Origin: a virus
Lineage: Duplodnaviria; Heunggongvirae; Uroviricota; Caudoviricetes
Virus record (IMG/VR): IMGVR_UViG_2654587570_000013
Location: 1 to 35,061 of that record
Length of the DNA stretch: 35,061 nt
Reading direction: 5' to 3' (one strand)
The position numbers and the translations under genes are program-made. Of the stretch, positions 1 to 9,100 are shown piece by piece. The notes beneath the pieces were generated by a model, which had not been told where the DNA came from, ran no database searches, and saw nothing but the letters and a program-made list of their open reading frames with translations. Position 1 is the stretch's first letter, and every line of letters starts with the position of its first letter.

Positions 1-387
1 ATGTTCAATATCATGATTCGTAAATTTGGCGAGATGACTTTCGAGAAAGCTGGTGTTGCGCGTACCGAAGAAGAAGCAATGGCCTTAGTTCTGGTAGCAC
101 TGAGATCATCACCTGAGATTATCGACGCTGAATATGTAGCCGCAGAAGGTGAGATTAAAGAGATTAAAGCAGTGGCTAAGGAATTAGGTGTTAAAGGTTT
201 CCGTAAGCTGAAACTATCCCGCGAGACTTATGTCATTGGACAGCAAGGACAATACCTAGATGAGAATAGCGCGATTGTCCTACTGAATAAGATCACCCGC
301 TATGGTTTCCAGATTGAGCAATATAAAACGTGTTTCGAATTATACGAAAAAGGTTTGCTGGATACTCTGACCATCGTTCGCGCTTAA
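1..387 (+). CDS. hypothetical protein (may be truncated at window edge)
   Basis: 128-aa ORF starting at window position 1; no motif recognised; followed by a hairpin plus T-run at 402-427. Confidence 0.4.
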   Translation: MFNIMIRKFGEMTFEKAGVARTEEEAMALVLVALRSSPEIIDAEYVAAEGEIKEIKAVAKELGVKGFRKLKLSRETYVIGQQGQYLDENSAIVLLNKITRYGFQIEQYKTCFELYEKGLLDTLTIVRA

Positions 388-401
388 TTAATTTCTAATT
401 T

Positions 402-427
402 GGTGGGTGCAATTCCCACCGCTTTTT
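402..427 (+). terminator. putative rho-independent terminator
   Basis: GGTGGG-tgcaatt-CCCACC stem-loop followed by gcttttt, immediately after the ORF ending at 387. Confidence 0.5.
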
Positions 428-444
428 AAACTGGAGAATCAAAC

Positions 445-525
445 ATGTTAGCTTTTATCTCATTCGTGGGAGGTAGTCTCACAACCATGATTAGTCTTTC
501 TTATATTGTCGTTAGTATGGGGTGA
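445..525 (+). CDS. small hydrophobic peptide (26 aa), speculative
   Basis: ATG at 445 preceded by ggag; translation MLAFISFVGGSLTTMISLSYIVVSMG is essentially one transmembrane segment. Below the ORF-track size cutoff. Confidence 0.2.
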   Translation: MLAFISFVGGSLTTMISLSYIVVSMG

Positions 526-528
526 GCA

Positions 529-654
529 ATGAAACAATTTCATGATGGCATTTCATCCAAGACATTCAAGAAAGAATATAGCGGATTGTGTATTAACTGG
601 ATTGATTTGATTGGTGCGGTTGTGTTTGGTTTGGTAATCAGCATCAACTTTTAA
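529..654 (+). CDS. small membrane peptide (41 aa), speculative
   Basis: ATG at 529; translation MKQFHDGISSKTFKKEYSGLCINWIDLIGAVVFGLVISINF has a C-terminal hydrophobic helix; sits between a terminator and the secreted-protein gene. Confidence 0.3.
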   Translation: MKQFHDGISSKTFKKEYSGLCINWIDLIGAVVFGLVISINF

Positions 655-699
655 CGATATAAATATATCGTAATTCAAATAACAAGAGGAAATTCTACT

Positions 700-945
700 A
701 TGAAAAAGATTATCGCGGGTGTTGTTCTTGCTCTGGGTTTGGTTGGTGCTGCAAATGCCGAACAATATGTACAGGGTGATAGTGTCAAGCGTGCTGCCGT
801 TGCACCTTCTTTAAATCAACTGTGTACTGAATTAGCACAGGTTGCCGGAGTTGGTGACGATGACGACTTTATTACTGCGTGTGTATGGAGTCATATCGAG
901 GATATTAATAAACGTGATGCAAAACTAACTGGAAAGAAATATTAA
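700..945 (+). CDS. small secreted/periplasmic protein of unknown function (possible moron)
   Basis: N-terminal signal peptide MKKIIAGVVLALGLVGAANA with an A-N-A signal peptidase I site; mature part has two Cys; SD agagga upstream; terminator at 962-998 downstream. Confidence 0.55.
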   Translation: MKKIIAGVVLALGLVGAANAEQYVQGDSVKRAAVAPSLNQLCTELAQVAGVGDDDDFITACVWSHIEDINKRDAKLTGKKY

Positions 946-961
946 TGACTTACTAACCAAT

Positions 962-998
962 GCCCCTATCGTTATAATACGCGGTAGGGGCGTTTTTG
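962..998 (+). terminator. putative rho-independent terminator
   Basis: GCCCCTA ... TAGGGGC stem followed by gttttt gttt. Confidence 0.5.
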
Positions 999-1010
999 TT
1001 TGGAAATGGT

Positions 1011-2690
1011 ATGAAAACTAAACTGTATTCGTATATTCGCTTCTCGTCTATGCGTCAGAATGATGGTTCGAGTTATGAACGACAAATCAGGATGGCGAGA
1101 GAGGTTGCGGCAAAGTATGACCTTGAACTGGTAAATGATTATCAGGATCTGGGTGTATCTGCGTTTAAGGGTGCTAACTCTAAAACAGGGGCGCTATCTC
1201 GTTTCCTTGATGCAATTGGTAGATCCGTTCCTGTTGGTAGCTGGCTATTCATCGAGAACTTGGACCGTTTATCCCGTGCCGATATTGTCAGTGCGCAGGA
1301 GTTATTCCTTTCAATAATCCGTAGGGGGATAACCATTGTTACTGGCATGGATAACAAGATCTACTCGCTGGATACTGTTACCGCTAACCCGATGGACCTG
1401 ATGTTCTCCATCCTTTTATTCATCCGTGGTAATGAGGAAAGCCAGACTAAGCGCAATCGTACTAACTCAAGCGCATTGATTAAGATTAAAGCTCATCAAG
1501 AAAATCCACAAAATCCGGCAGTGGCTATCGAGGAAGTTGGAAAGAATATGTGGTGGACTGATACCACTTCCGGTTATGTGTGTCCCGATCCGGTCTTCTT
1601 CCCTATTGTTCAGGAGGTTGTGGAATTACGCAGGAATGGACGGTCTACCGCCGAGATACTGGATCACCTTAACGCGACATATACACCACCACCAGCCGCA
1701 AGTCACAAGAGGCATTCAAACTGGTCACGAGCAATGATTGAAAGGTTGTTCCATACCCGCGCTTTGATTGGTATCAAGGAAATCTCTGTAGATGGCGTTA
1801 AGTATGAGTTAAAGGATTATTACCCTCGTGTGCTAGATGACGCTGAGTTTTATCACCTTAAGAAAAGCATTGGTGTTAGAGCATGTAACTATGGAGACAA
1901 AGAAGAAGCTAAACCGATCCCCCTGCTTAGTGGTGTTAATCTGCTGAAATGTGAACATTGCGGTTCCGCTATGGTTAAGGTGAAAGGAACTAACAAACGG
2001 CCTAACCAATATCGTTATTCATGCGATGCAATGCGCTCTAGTCGTATTGCATGTGTGCATACAAACTGGAGTTTTCGAGGTGATCAATTAGAGAAAGCTG
2101 TATTGCAATTGCTGGCTGATAAAATCTGGATTGCTGAGGATAAGGCTAATCCTGTTCCGGCTTTGAAAGTACAGATTGATGAGATATCACGCAAGATTGA
2201 TAACCTGATTACCCTTTCTGCTATGACTGGAGCAACGAAGGAGTTAGCCGACCAGATTACTACCCTCAATAGCGAGCGTGAAACACTCTATAATCAGATT
2301 AAGATGGCAGAAGAGGAAATGTATTCTGTGGACTCTCAAGGCTGGGAGAAGCTCGCAGAATTTGATTTAGAAGATGTTTATAACGAGGATCGCATTAAGG
2401 TCCGGTTTAAGATTAAGCAAGCTCTAAAACGGATCGGGTGTAGCAGGATTGACAAATACAAAAACTTGTTTGTATTGGAATACATTGATGGCAAGACCCA
2501 GAGAGTTGTAATAGAAAATTCAAGAGGACCGAGGAAAGGACAAATCTTTGTCGATTTGAAAACTATCAATGATAGGCAGATTCTGGAGAGTAACGGGCTT
2601 GTTCTGCATCCATGTTTAGACATGCTGACAGATAAAGACTGGAAGCCAGAAGAGGAAATACCAGGTCCATTACAGGAATTTGGAATTTAA
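1011..2690 (+). CDS. large serine recombinase (probable integrase)
   Basis: N-terminal resolvase-type catalytic domain with YIRFSSMRQ serine motif, a recombinase domain, a Cys-rich zinc ribbon (CEHCGS...C..C) and a C-terminal coiled coil. Start placed at MKTKL; the ORF track begins 15 nt earlier at 996. Confidence 0.85.
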   Translation: MKTKLYSYIRFSSMRQNDGSSYERQIRMAREVAAKYDLELVNDYQDLGVSAFKGANSKTGALSRFLDAIGRSVPVGSWLFIENLDRLSRADIVSAQELFLSIIRRGITIVTGMDNKIYSLDTVTANPMDLMFSILLFIRGNEESQTKRNRTNSSALIKIKAHQENPQNPAVAIEEVGKNMWWTDTTSGYVCPDPVFFPIVQEVVELRRNGRSTAEILDHLNATYTPPPAASHKRHSNWSRAMIERLFHTRALIGIKEISVDGVKYELKDYYPRVLDDAEFYHLKKSIGVRACNYGDKEEAKPIPLLSGVNLLKCEHCGSAMVKVKGTNKRPNQYRYSCDAMRSSRIACVHTNWSFRGDQLEKAVLQLLADKIWIAEDKANPVPALKVQIDEISRKIDNLITLSAMTGATKELADQITTLNSERETLYNQIKMAEEEMYSVDSQGWEKLAEFDLEDVYNEDRIKVRFKIKQALKRIGCSRIDKYKNLFVLEYIDGKTQRVVIENSRGPRKGQIFVDLKTINDRQILESNGLVLHPCLDMLTDKDWKPEEEIPGPLQEFGI

Positions 2691-2726
2691 GCGGACTAAA
2701 TCGACGTATAACGAGCTAAACACTTT

Positions 2727-2751
2727 AAGGGGTACATCTGTACCCCTTTTT
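2727..2751. terminator. bidirectional hairpin terminator between convergent genes
   Basis: Near-perfect palindrome AAGGGGTACA-TC-TGTACCCCTT with T-run on the plus side, between the recombinase stop (2690) and the convergent minus-strand gene end (2764). Confidence 0.5.
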
Positions 2752-2763
2752 AATTTAATTGTA

Positions 2764-3762
2764 TTAAAGAGCCTCTAAAGGGCTTAAATCGAGTTCTAAG
2801 TCTTCCGGTATTAAATCAGCTAACGGTGCATTCATCCACTGCGATAAATCTCGTTCTATGTCTTCATCACTAATGTAGTTGTTCAGATTGATTGCGTTGG
2901 TATCATCAAAATACATTGGCTTAGATGGGTTGGTGTGGATGTATTCATTGATGAATGATTTAACATCTTTCAGCTTGCTAATCGGTAGCGTTTCTGTGAA
3001 TCCGCTATTCATTACCTTACGTGGGATTTTCTTGCCCTGAATATTCTTTTTAATCCCCATTTCTAAATCACCAGCTTTCCATCCAATGTTAAACAAATGT
3101 GAGCATTCAAAGGTGATTTTCTCGCTGGTGTGCTTCTGGTGTTCTCTTACCCGTTGCATCGGATCTTTGCGAGTGGTAATTCCATATTTGAAAAACTTCT
3201 CGCCAACACGAATTAGATAAAAGTGCATAGAGCGCTGTGCAAACTTGTTTCTGATAACCTGTTTTCTACCATTCTGAATTGATTTAAGTACACCCCTAAC
3301 CAAAGGGCATGTTAACCCACCTTGTCTGCGGTTATTGTGTAAATCACCTTTCTTGTGAATCTTTCCGTGGCACTTACAACGAAGAATTAGTTTAGTGTCA
3401 ACACCCTGATAAGGTTCAGCCAGACCTAACACATCCCACCCTATCGGCTTGTAGAACTTGCGAGCGTTTTCTAAGTGTTCTTCTTCGGTAAATCTAAACT
3501 TCTTCTTAGGCGGTGATACTCTATCTTTGCCAGTAAACTGACCAGTTAGAACATGACTAATACATGGCGTTTTAACCTTTCCGTTAACTTCTATGCAAAC
3601 TTTGGTGTTCTGGAATGGTTTCTTTACAGGAAGCACAAAACCACTGTATAACCATCCATGCGCTTGACAAACTTTAATGATTCTGGTTTCATATTCGACC
3701 GGAGGGGTCGCACGTTTGCTTTTTGCGGTAAATTCGATATCCTTTGCTAAAGTAGTATTCAT
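2764..3762 (-). CDS. putative nuclease with Cys/His zinc-finger-like segment and a GIY-YIG-like motif
   Basis: 332 aa; mid-protein HFYLIRVGEKFFKYGITTRKDPMQRVREH resembles the GIY...YIG...R..H core of GIY-YIG nucleases; upstream CKCHGKIH...C cluster; acidic C-terminus. Confidence 0.45.
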   Translation of the reverse strand: MNTTLAKDIEFTAKSKRATPPVEYETRIIKVCQAHGWLYSGFVLPVKKPFQNTKVCIEVNGKVKTPCISHVLTGQFTGKDRVSPPKKKFRFTEEEHLENARKFYKPIGWDVLGLAEPYQGVDTKLILRCKCHGKIHKKGDLHNNRRQGGLTCPLVRGVLKSIQNGRKQVIRNKFAQRSMHFYLIRVGEKFFKYGITTRKDPMQRVREHQKHTSEKITFECSHLFNIGWKAGDLEMGIKKNIQGKKIPRKVMNSGFTETLPISKLKDVKSFINEYIHTNPSKPMYFDDTNAINLNNYISDEDIERDLSQWMNAPLADLIPEDLELDLSPLEAL

Positions 3763-3808
3763 AGTAGTGAATCCTCAATAAAATAATATTCACTACTATT
3801 TATAAGAA

Positions 3809-4066
3809 TTAATTATTGTAGTTTTGGAAACCAGTAAGATCACAAAATGAATCAGTATCATGTGCAGGAGAACGATGCTCTGCTTCGTCAGAGAAAATGT
3901 TGGCTACCGGAGATTCCACTTTAACTTCCAGTGCTTCTTCAACATCTGACTTAACTTCTTCGACCACTGGTTCAACTGCTGGAGATTCTTCTTTTGTTTC
4001 TTCAATGACGATCTCAGGTTCTTTCATTGCTTCAACCAGAGACGGATCAACTTCGTCGAATACCAC
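3809..4066 (-). CDS. small highly acidic protein (unknown; DNA-mimic-like composition)
   Basis: 85 aa, about one third Asp/Glu; apparent GTG start. The overlapping plus-strand Ser/Thr-rich ORF (3897..4121) looks like its antisense shadow. Confidence 0.35.
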   Translation of the reverse strand: MVFDEVDPSLVEAMKEPEIVIEETKEESPAVEPVVEEVKSDVEEALEVKVESPVANIFSDEAEHRSPAHDTDSFCDLTGFQNYNN

Positions 4067-4146
4067 TTTATCATCTGCGGTATATTTGTCTATAATGAAA
4101 AATGGTCAGAAATATAGCTAACGTCGCCAGCATATTCTAACAAAAA

Positions 4147-4166
4147 AGCGCCCACTGGAGGCGCTT
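4147..4166 (-). terminator. putative terminator at end of the late operon
   Basis: GCGCC-cactgga-GGCGC hairpin; on the minus strand it is followed by a T-run, immediately after the endolysin gene. Confidence 0.45.
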
Positions 4167-4171
4167 TAATT

Positions 4172-4525
4172 TTATCCATTCCACCGTGATTTTTTTGATC
4201 TGGAATCAATATGCGTAAAGGTTTTATATTTTCCTAAGCCGTATTGAGTAGGATATTTCCCATCAAGATAAGCATGAACAATATCAGGCGAGACACCCTT
4301 GATAACAATGTCAGCCGCGCGGCCTCGAACATGATAGCTATTGGTTGCGCCGCCTACATTCTTGTTATGAGTCGGGCAACGGTTCCCACTGTTAATAATC
4401 ACTGGTTTACCGAAGTGCTCTCGTACATCCTCAAGAATCACCAGTAATTCAGCGTCGATTGTATCATAATCACATTTTCCGCATTTACATTTAAATTCCT
4501 TGCGAGAAAAATGCTTACTTAACAT
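4172..4525 (-). CDS. peptidase M15 family cell-wall hydrolase (probable endolysin)
   Basis: SGNRCPTHNKNVGGATNSYHVRGRAADI ... FTHID matches the zinc-binding H/D/H signature of M15 peptidases; 117 aa, no signal peptide; last gene of the late operon. Confidence 0.8.
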   Translation of the reverse strand: MLSKHFSRKEFKCKCGKCDYDTIDAELLVILEDVREHFGKPVIINSGNRCPTHNKNVGGATNSYHVRGRAADIVIKGVSPDIVHAYLDGKYPTQYGLGKYKTFTHIDSRSKKSRWNG

Positions 4526-4534
4526 ATTACCCCC

Positions 4535-4882
4535 TTAGATCATTTCGAAGATATAACCAATAAAGCGCATACCCTTGATATAATAAGGAGCAGTGCCTAC
4601 ACACACCGCGCGTGCATCACCCAGACAGTTAAAGCTATAAGGATTAACTACATCGACTTCTTGCCCTACACGAAAACGATATTTAGGACGTTTAGCCAAT
4701 GTAGCGACACAAAACACGGTCCCCTTTTCATGATCACGGATACATTCTTTATATTGTTTATGTTTAACTCTCTTCGCCTCAAAATCATAGGTCATAGATT
4801 CTGGGCTAATGCCATTAATAAAAATACCGGAAAGCTGATCAACCGGATAAGTAGGAAATTCAGTGAAAATATTTTTAGCCAT
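4535..4882 (-). CDS. hypothetical protein
   Basis: 115-aa ORF co-oriented and tightly packed in the operon; no recognisable motif. Confidence 0.5.
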   Translation of the reverse strand: MAKNIFTEFPTYPVDQLSGIFINGISPESMTYDFEAKRVKHKQYKECIRDHEKGTVFCVATLAKRPKYRFRVGQEVDVVNPYSFNCLGDARAVCVGTAPYYIKGMRFIGYIFEMI

Positions 4883-4920
4883 GTTATACCCCCATAAGAT
4901 TCTATGAGGGTATTTATTGA

Positions 4921-5604
4921 TTAAACGTATTTCATGCGCGATTTAATGTGCTTATTGATGTTTTCAAGCATCATTGCTTCGTTGCTTTCCCACGATCCTA
5001 GCGTCGAATAACGAGTAGAAATTTTATCCGACTTAACGGCAACAATTCGCTTACTCTGTTTCTGGATGCGTTTCTCTAAGCGACGTTTTGCCACCGCCGA
5101 TCCATTCTTAGCGCGTTTGGTTCGGGATTTCTTAGGCTTGTACTTCTTCATGATAAAAGTCCCTTCCTTGTTCTCTACCTTGATGAAGTTGCCGTTTTCG
5201 ATGTTACGCATCATCTTACCGCCTTTGATGGCCTTAATGTTCCCGTGGGAGTCTAAGACCTTACCGTTGGCGATTGGCACTAGCTTATTGATTTTGCCAC
5301 CATCGAAATAGTGTTTCAGATAGTCATCCTGACTGCCGATCTTCTTGTCCTTATCCCTTGCGCCCTTGATGAAGATTTGGTGTCTGGTCCCTGATCGGTT
5401 CTTGTAGTTGGTATTACCTACAGCTTGCTGAGTCCAGCGAGTAGGTCTATCAACATTCTTGTTAATCTTCTTCTGGAGTGCACGAGCAGCAAAGATCGCC
5501 CCTTCCCCTATCGCCCTTTCGAATGTATCGGTTGCTTTATCAGTCCATTGGCGTAACGCTTTCTTTGTCCTTAGAGCGTTTCGTTTATTGGTACTGGTTG
5601 CCAT
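4921..5604 (-). CDS. very basic Lys/Arg-rich protein of unknown function
   Basis: 227 aa with long K/R-rich stretches (possible nucleic-acid binding or virion internal protein); SD AGGGGG upstream. Confidence 0.5.
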   Translation of the reverse strand: MATSTNKRNALRTKKALRQWTDKATDTFERAIGEGAIFAARALQKKINKNVDRPTRWTQQAVGNTNYKNRSGTRHQIFIKGARDKDKKIGSQDDYLKHYFDGGKINKLVPIANGKVLDSHGNIKAIKGGKMMRNIENGNFIKVENKEGTFIMKKYKPKKSRTKRAKNGSAVAKRRLEKRIQKQSKRIVAVKSDKISTRYSTLGSWESNEAMMLENINKHIKSRMKYV

Positions 5605-5605
5605 G

Positions 5606-5776
5606 TTAGCCCCCTAATAACGAAAAGACCCCCGCCAGTGTCCTTAGCAATTGTTCATCCACGGTCATAGCCGGGAGTTCAAGCCCAAAGGACGTTAGCA
5701 GAGGTCTAATAGCTACGTTATAAGTGAGGGCGACAATCAAGAGATAACCAAAATATTTCTTAAGTTTATTCTTCAT
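5606..5776 (-). CDS. small membrane protein (56 aa), speculative
   Basis: Translation MKNKLKKYFGYLLIVALTYNVAIRPLL... has one transmembrane helix; its stop abuts the SD of the next gene. Below the ORF-track cutoff. Confidence 0.35.
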   Translation of the reverse strand: MKNKLKKYFGYLLIVALTYNVAIRPLLTSFGLELPAMTVDEQLLRTLAGVFSLLGG

Positions 5777-5794
5777 ATATTCACCCCTTTATTA

Positions 5795-6073
5795 TTATTT
5801 TTGTTTGAGTATGTCGAGAACTTGGTCAAATTTGGCGTCCATCGCAACCACTTTCTTCTCTATACCGTGTAGTGTTTGTTCCATTTGGTAAACACGTTCA
5901 GCAATCTGAGTATGGTTATTCTGCATCGTCTCAAACTTCTGGTTTAACAATGCGTCGCTGGATTCCAATTTCGACAATCTATTTTCTGTGGCTAATTGAT
6001 TTCGGTGAAGTCTCCAAAGCCCACCACAAATTAAGGCGATAACACCGATACCGCCATATATAATTTCAGTCAT
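5795..6073 (-). CDS. membrane-anchored coiled-coil protein (holin/spanin-like or exclusion protein, unassigned)
   Basis: 92 aa; N-terminal transmembrane segment GGIGVIALICGGLW followed by a heptad-like coiled coil; immediately downstream of the J-like gene. Confidence 0.5.
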   Translation of the reverse strand: MTEIIYGGIGVIALICGGLWRLHRNQLATENRLSKLESSDALLNQKFETMQNNHTQIAERVYQMEQTLHGIEKKVVAMDAKFDQVLDILKQK

Positions 6074-6127
6074 TACGCCCCCGATATTTTTATATAATTT
6101 AATGGCAGAATTATTTAGATAAAAATA

Positions 6128-6165
6128 ATCCCGCCTAACTCAAAAGAATTAAGCGGGATTAATTA
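6128..6165 (-). terminator. putative hairpin terminator after J-like gene
   Basis: ATCCCGC ... GCGGGAT stem with a long loop; T-rich on the minus strand. Confidence 0.35.
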
Positions 6166-6178
6166 TTAGAATTAAATT

Positions 6179-9100
6179 TTAAGAAACAGAAATACCAGTA
6201 GCGGCTTTCTTAGTTACCATTACCGTTAGATCGCTGATATATGCACTTGGGTTATAGTTGTTAACGCCCTTACAGTAAACTTCAAAAGTCATTGTTACTG
6301 CCCCGTGTCCGGCTGGCATGTCAATAACTCCACTGTACATACAGCCAGAAGTTGCAGTGCGATCATATAGAACACCACCATTTTTCTTAACGATTAGTCG
6401 GCAAGTATCCCAATGATCGCTACTTTCGCCACGACGAACAGACCCGTTATGATGAATCGCTGGAATCACTATTTGGCGATCGAATGGATGATCATCTTCG
6501 ACCCTTACAGTGATTGCACCATCAGGCCAGTTTGGTTGGCGATGCGGGAAACTCCTACCAACCACTTTCACGAAGTCACCACGCACCTGATTAGCATCAA
6601 GCATACCCAAAATGCGGCAACTTGAATTAATCGTTACGTTGTTCATTTCGCCGGAATCAGCCACCAAATGACCACGAATATTAGCGTGTCTAAAATGACA
6701 AGTGCCATCTTTGCCGATATACCATCCATCGTTACCATTCCAGTTATAAGACTGGATATAGTTACCAATTTTAGCATTATCGATAGAGCCATCAATGATA
6801 TGACCTGTTCCGATCTGTGCGTGTTGGATGTGAGCGCCGTTAATCTGGGCTGTGCCGATCTTAGCCGTGGTGATACTAGCATCACTAATCTGGGCTGTGC
6901 CAATTGCAGCATTACGAATCATCGCATTATCAAGATAAACTTTGTTATCTTCGATGCCAAACGGACAAACTTCTGATCCGTCTTGTGGAGCTACCGCGAT
7001 TTTATCAGCCGTAAAGATGATTCTTGTCGGTTCTGCCGGATCATTGGTTGCGCTCATATGAATACCAGCCACGCGACCATCTGCATTAACTGCCAGATTA
7101 TATTTGCTGTTAATGGTTCCCTTCAAAGCATCGATTTTTACATCTGCTTCCTGATTCACACCAGCAATCTTGCCATCCATTTCTACCCGAACTTGATCAA
7201 TCTTACTTGCGCTTGCTGCCTCACTGGTAGCAATTGCTTGTTTCAGGGTAGTAGCAGATGCGCTAACTTCTTTGGTGATATCGCCTTTCAGTTCAGCTTT
7301 AACCTGATCAATCTTAGTTGCGCTGGCTTGCTCACTGGTAGCAATCAGACTCTTGAGAGTATCGGCTGAGGCTTGGACCGTCTGCCCTGTCTCGGTAGTA
7401 ATCTGTTTATGCATTGCATCAATCTTAGCATCGGCATTAGCGCCAGCTTGAGCAATAGCATCCGCGATGGTTTCATCTAAGCGATCTTGTAAACCAATCA
7501 GGTCTTCCAGTGCTTCTTTGTCCTGATCGTCCCAGCTAATGGTAGATTTCATTTGCATGAAATACGGTTCAGACCAAACAGCATCATCCATACCGAAAAT
7601 ATCATAGTGAGCACCACGGATATAATAATCACCGTCAGCCAAATCAAAGGAAGTATGACTAACGCTATTGGTAGTCACTGCCCTTGCATCGGAGAAAGTA
7701 TTATCGGTTGCATACTGGATGATTGACCCTGCATAGTCATGTTCTACGTCATCCGCCCAGCTAACAAACGCAGTATTAAAGCCACCACGCGCACTAAAAC
7801 CTTTCATCGGCTTATGTTGTGGGTTGATAGCCACTAAACGCGCTGGGGCGCTCTCTGAGTTGTTATAGCCCTTGACTGATACTTCTACCGTCAATTCACG
7901 GGAAAGGCCGTTAAACTGGTTCATATCAAGCGTATAAGTCCATGATTCAGGATCGCGGGTACGGTACTGAATAGACTTACCAGCCTTGTTAGTCACCTTG
8001 ATAATGTATGCTTCAAACAGGTCACTAAACTTGTTAGCTTCACCGTTGATCATCACATCTAATTGTTGCTGATTTTCCCATTCGATAATCAGATCATTGC
8101 CTTCGAAAGTACCAGGTGAACTACCCTGATTTTTGATTCGAATAACCGGAGTCGGCAATTCATAGGTAACAGTAGGATTCTGGTTAACCAGTTCCACCCA
8201 TTCGGAACGAGCAATAATACCGAAAGCACAAACGCGGTAATCGTAGGAACGATCTTTAGCCAGTGCATTGATATTGAAAATTTGCTGTGAAGTCTGTCCC
8301 AGCTTAATCCAGTTAGGTGATCCACTCACTTTGTAATCAATCTGGAAACCGTAGCGGTTGAAATCTTCCGGTACATCCCATGTCAAAGTTACGTTTTTAC
8401 CGTGGATTGTCTCACCAGTTGCCTTAATTCTGAAATTAGTCGGTTTCTGTACTGTCATTGAATCCGGTAAACCAGTAGGTCTATTGTCTGGATTCGCCGC
8501 ATAGTTCAGGTCAGTATAAACCTGAGAATTATATTCTGTGGCGGTGATAGTCATCATCCCAGCAATACCAGAATCAATAGAGCGATCAATTGCAGTAATA
8601 CGCCAAAGTGAATTATTCAGTTTTAATTCATCATAGGTTACGCTAATAACATCCCAAACTTCGGCAGTGAATGCGTCAGTAGTCATAAAGCTGATAACCT
8701 GAGTGATACGAGATTTATTTCGTTCTACACTCGCTAGTTTATCAATCTGGGCTTTAGACTTAACAAAACGATATTCAATATCTTTAGCGATAATTCGACC
8801 ATCTTGACGAATAGTAGCATCGTTTTCAGCATCAGCCGGATAACGTAGCATTTGCTCTGAATAGTCAATTGATGGTTCTTGATACATCGCGTTAATGGTA
8901 TTGAAATAACCATTAGTGCCACCTGTTTTCAGTGATACTTTTCCCATCATGATATTGTCTTCATTGAAGGTATGCTTAACAATATCAGGAGCATCCAGTT
9001 TCAGAGTAATACGTCCAAAGGATTCGAACATCACCCCGCCGAAAGTCTGCATAAGACTGGTCAAGTTCTCTTTAAAGCTGGCGTTCGGATCACATGCACC

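Noticed and set aside
553-765. Minus-strand 70-aa ORF
   Set aside because: Overlaps the start of the signal-peptide gene and the small plus-strand ORFs; no SD and odd composition.
3897-4121. Plus-strand Ser/Thr-rich 74-aa ORF
   Set aside because: Mirror image of the Glu/Val-rich minus-strand ORF; the minus orientation matches the neighbouring genes, though neither is certain.
6413-7369. Plus-strand ORFs inside the J-like gene
   Set aside because: Antisense to a gene with clear lambda J-like motifs; no ribosome-binding sites seen.
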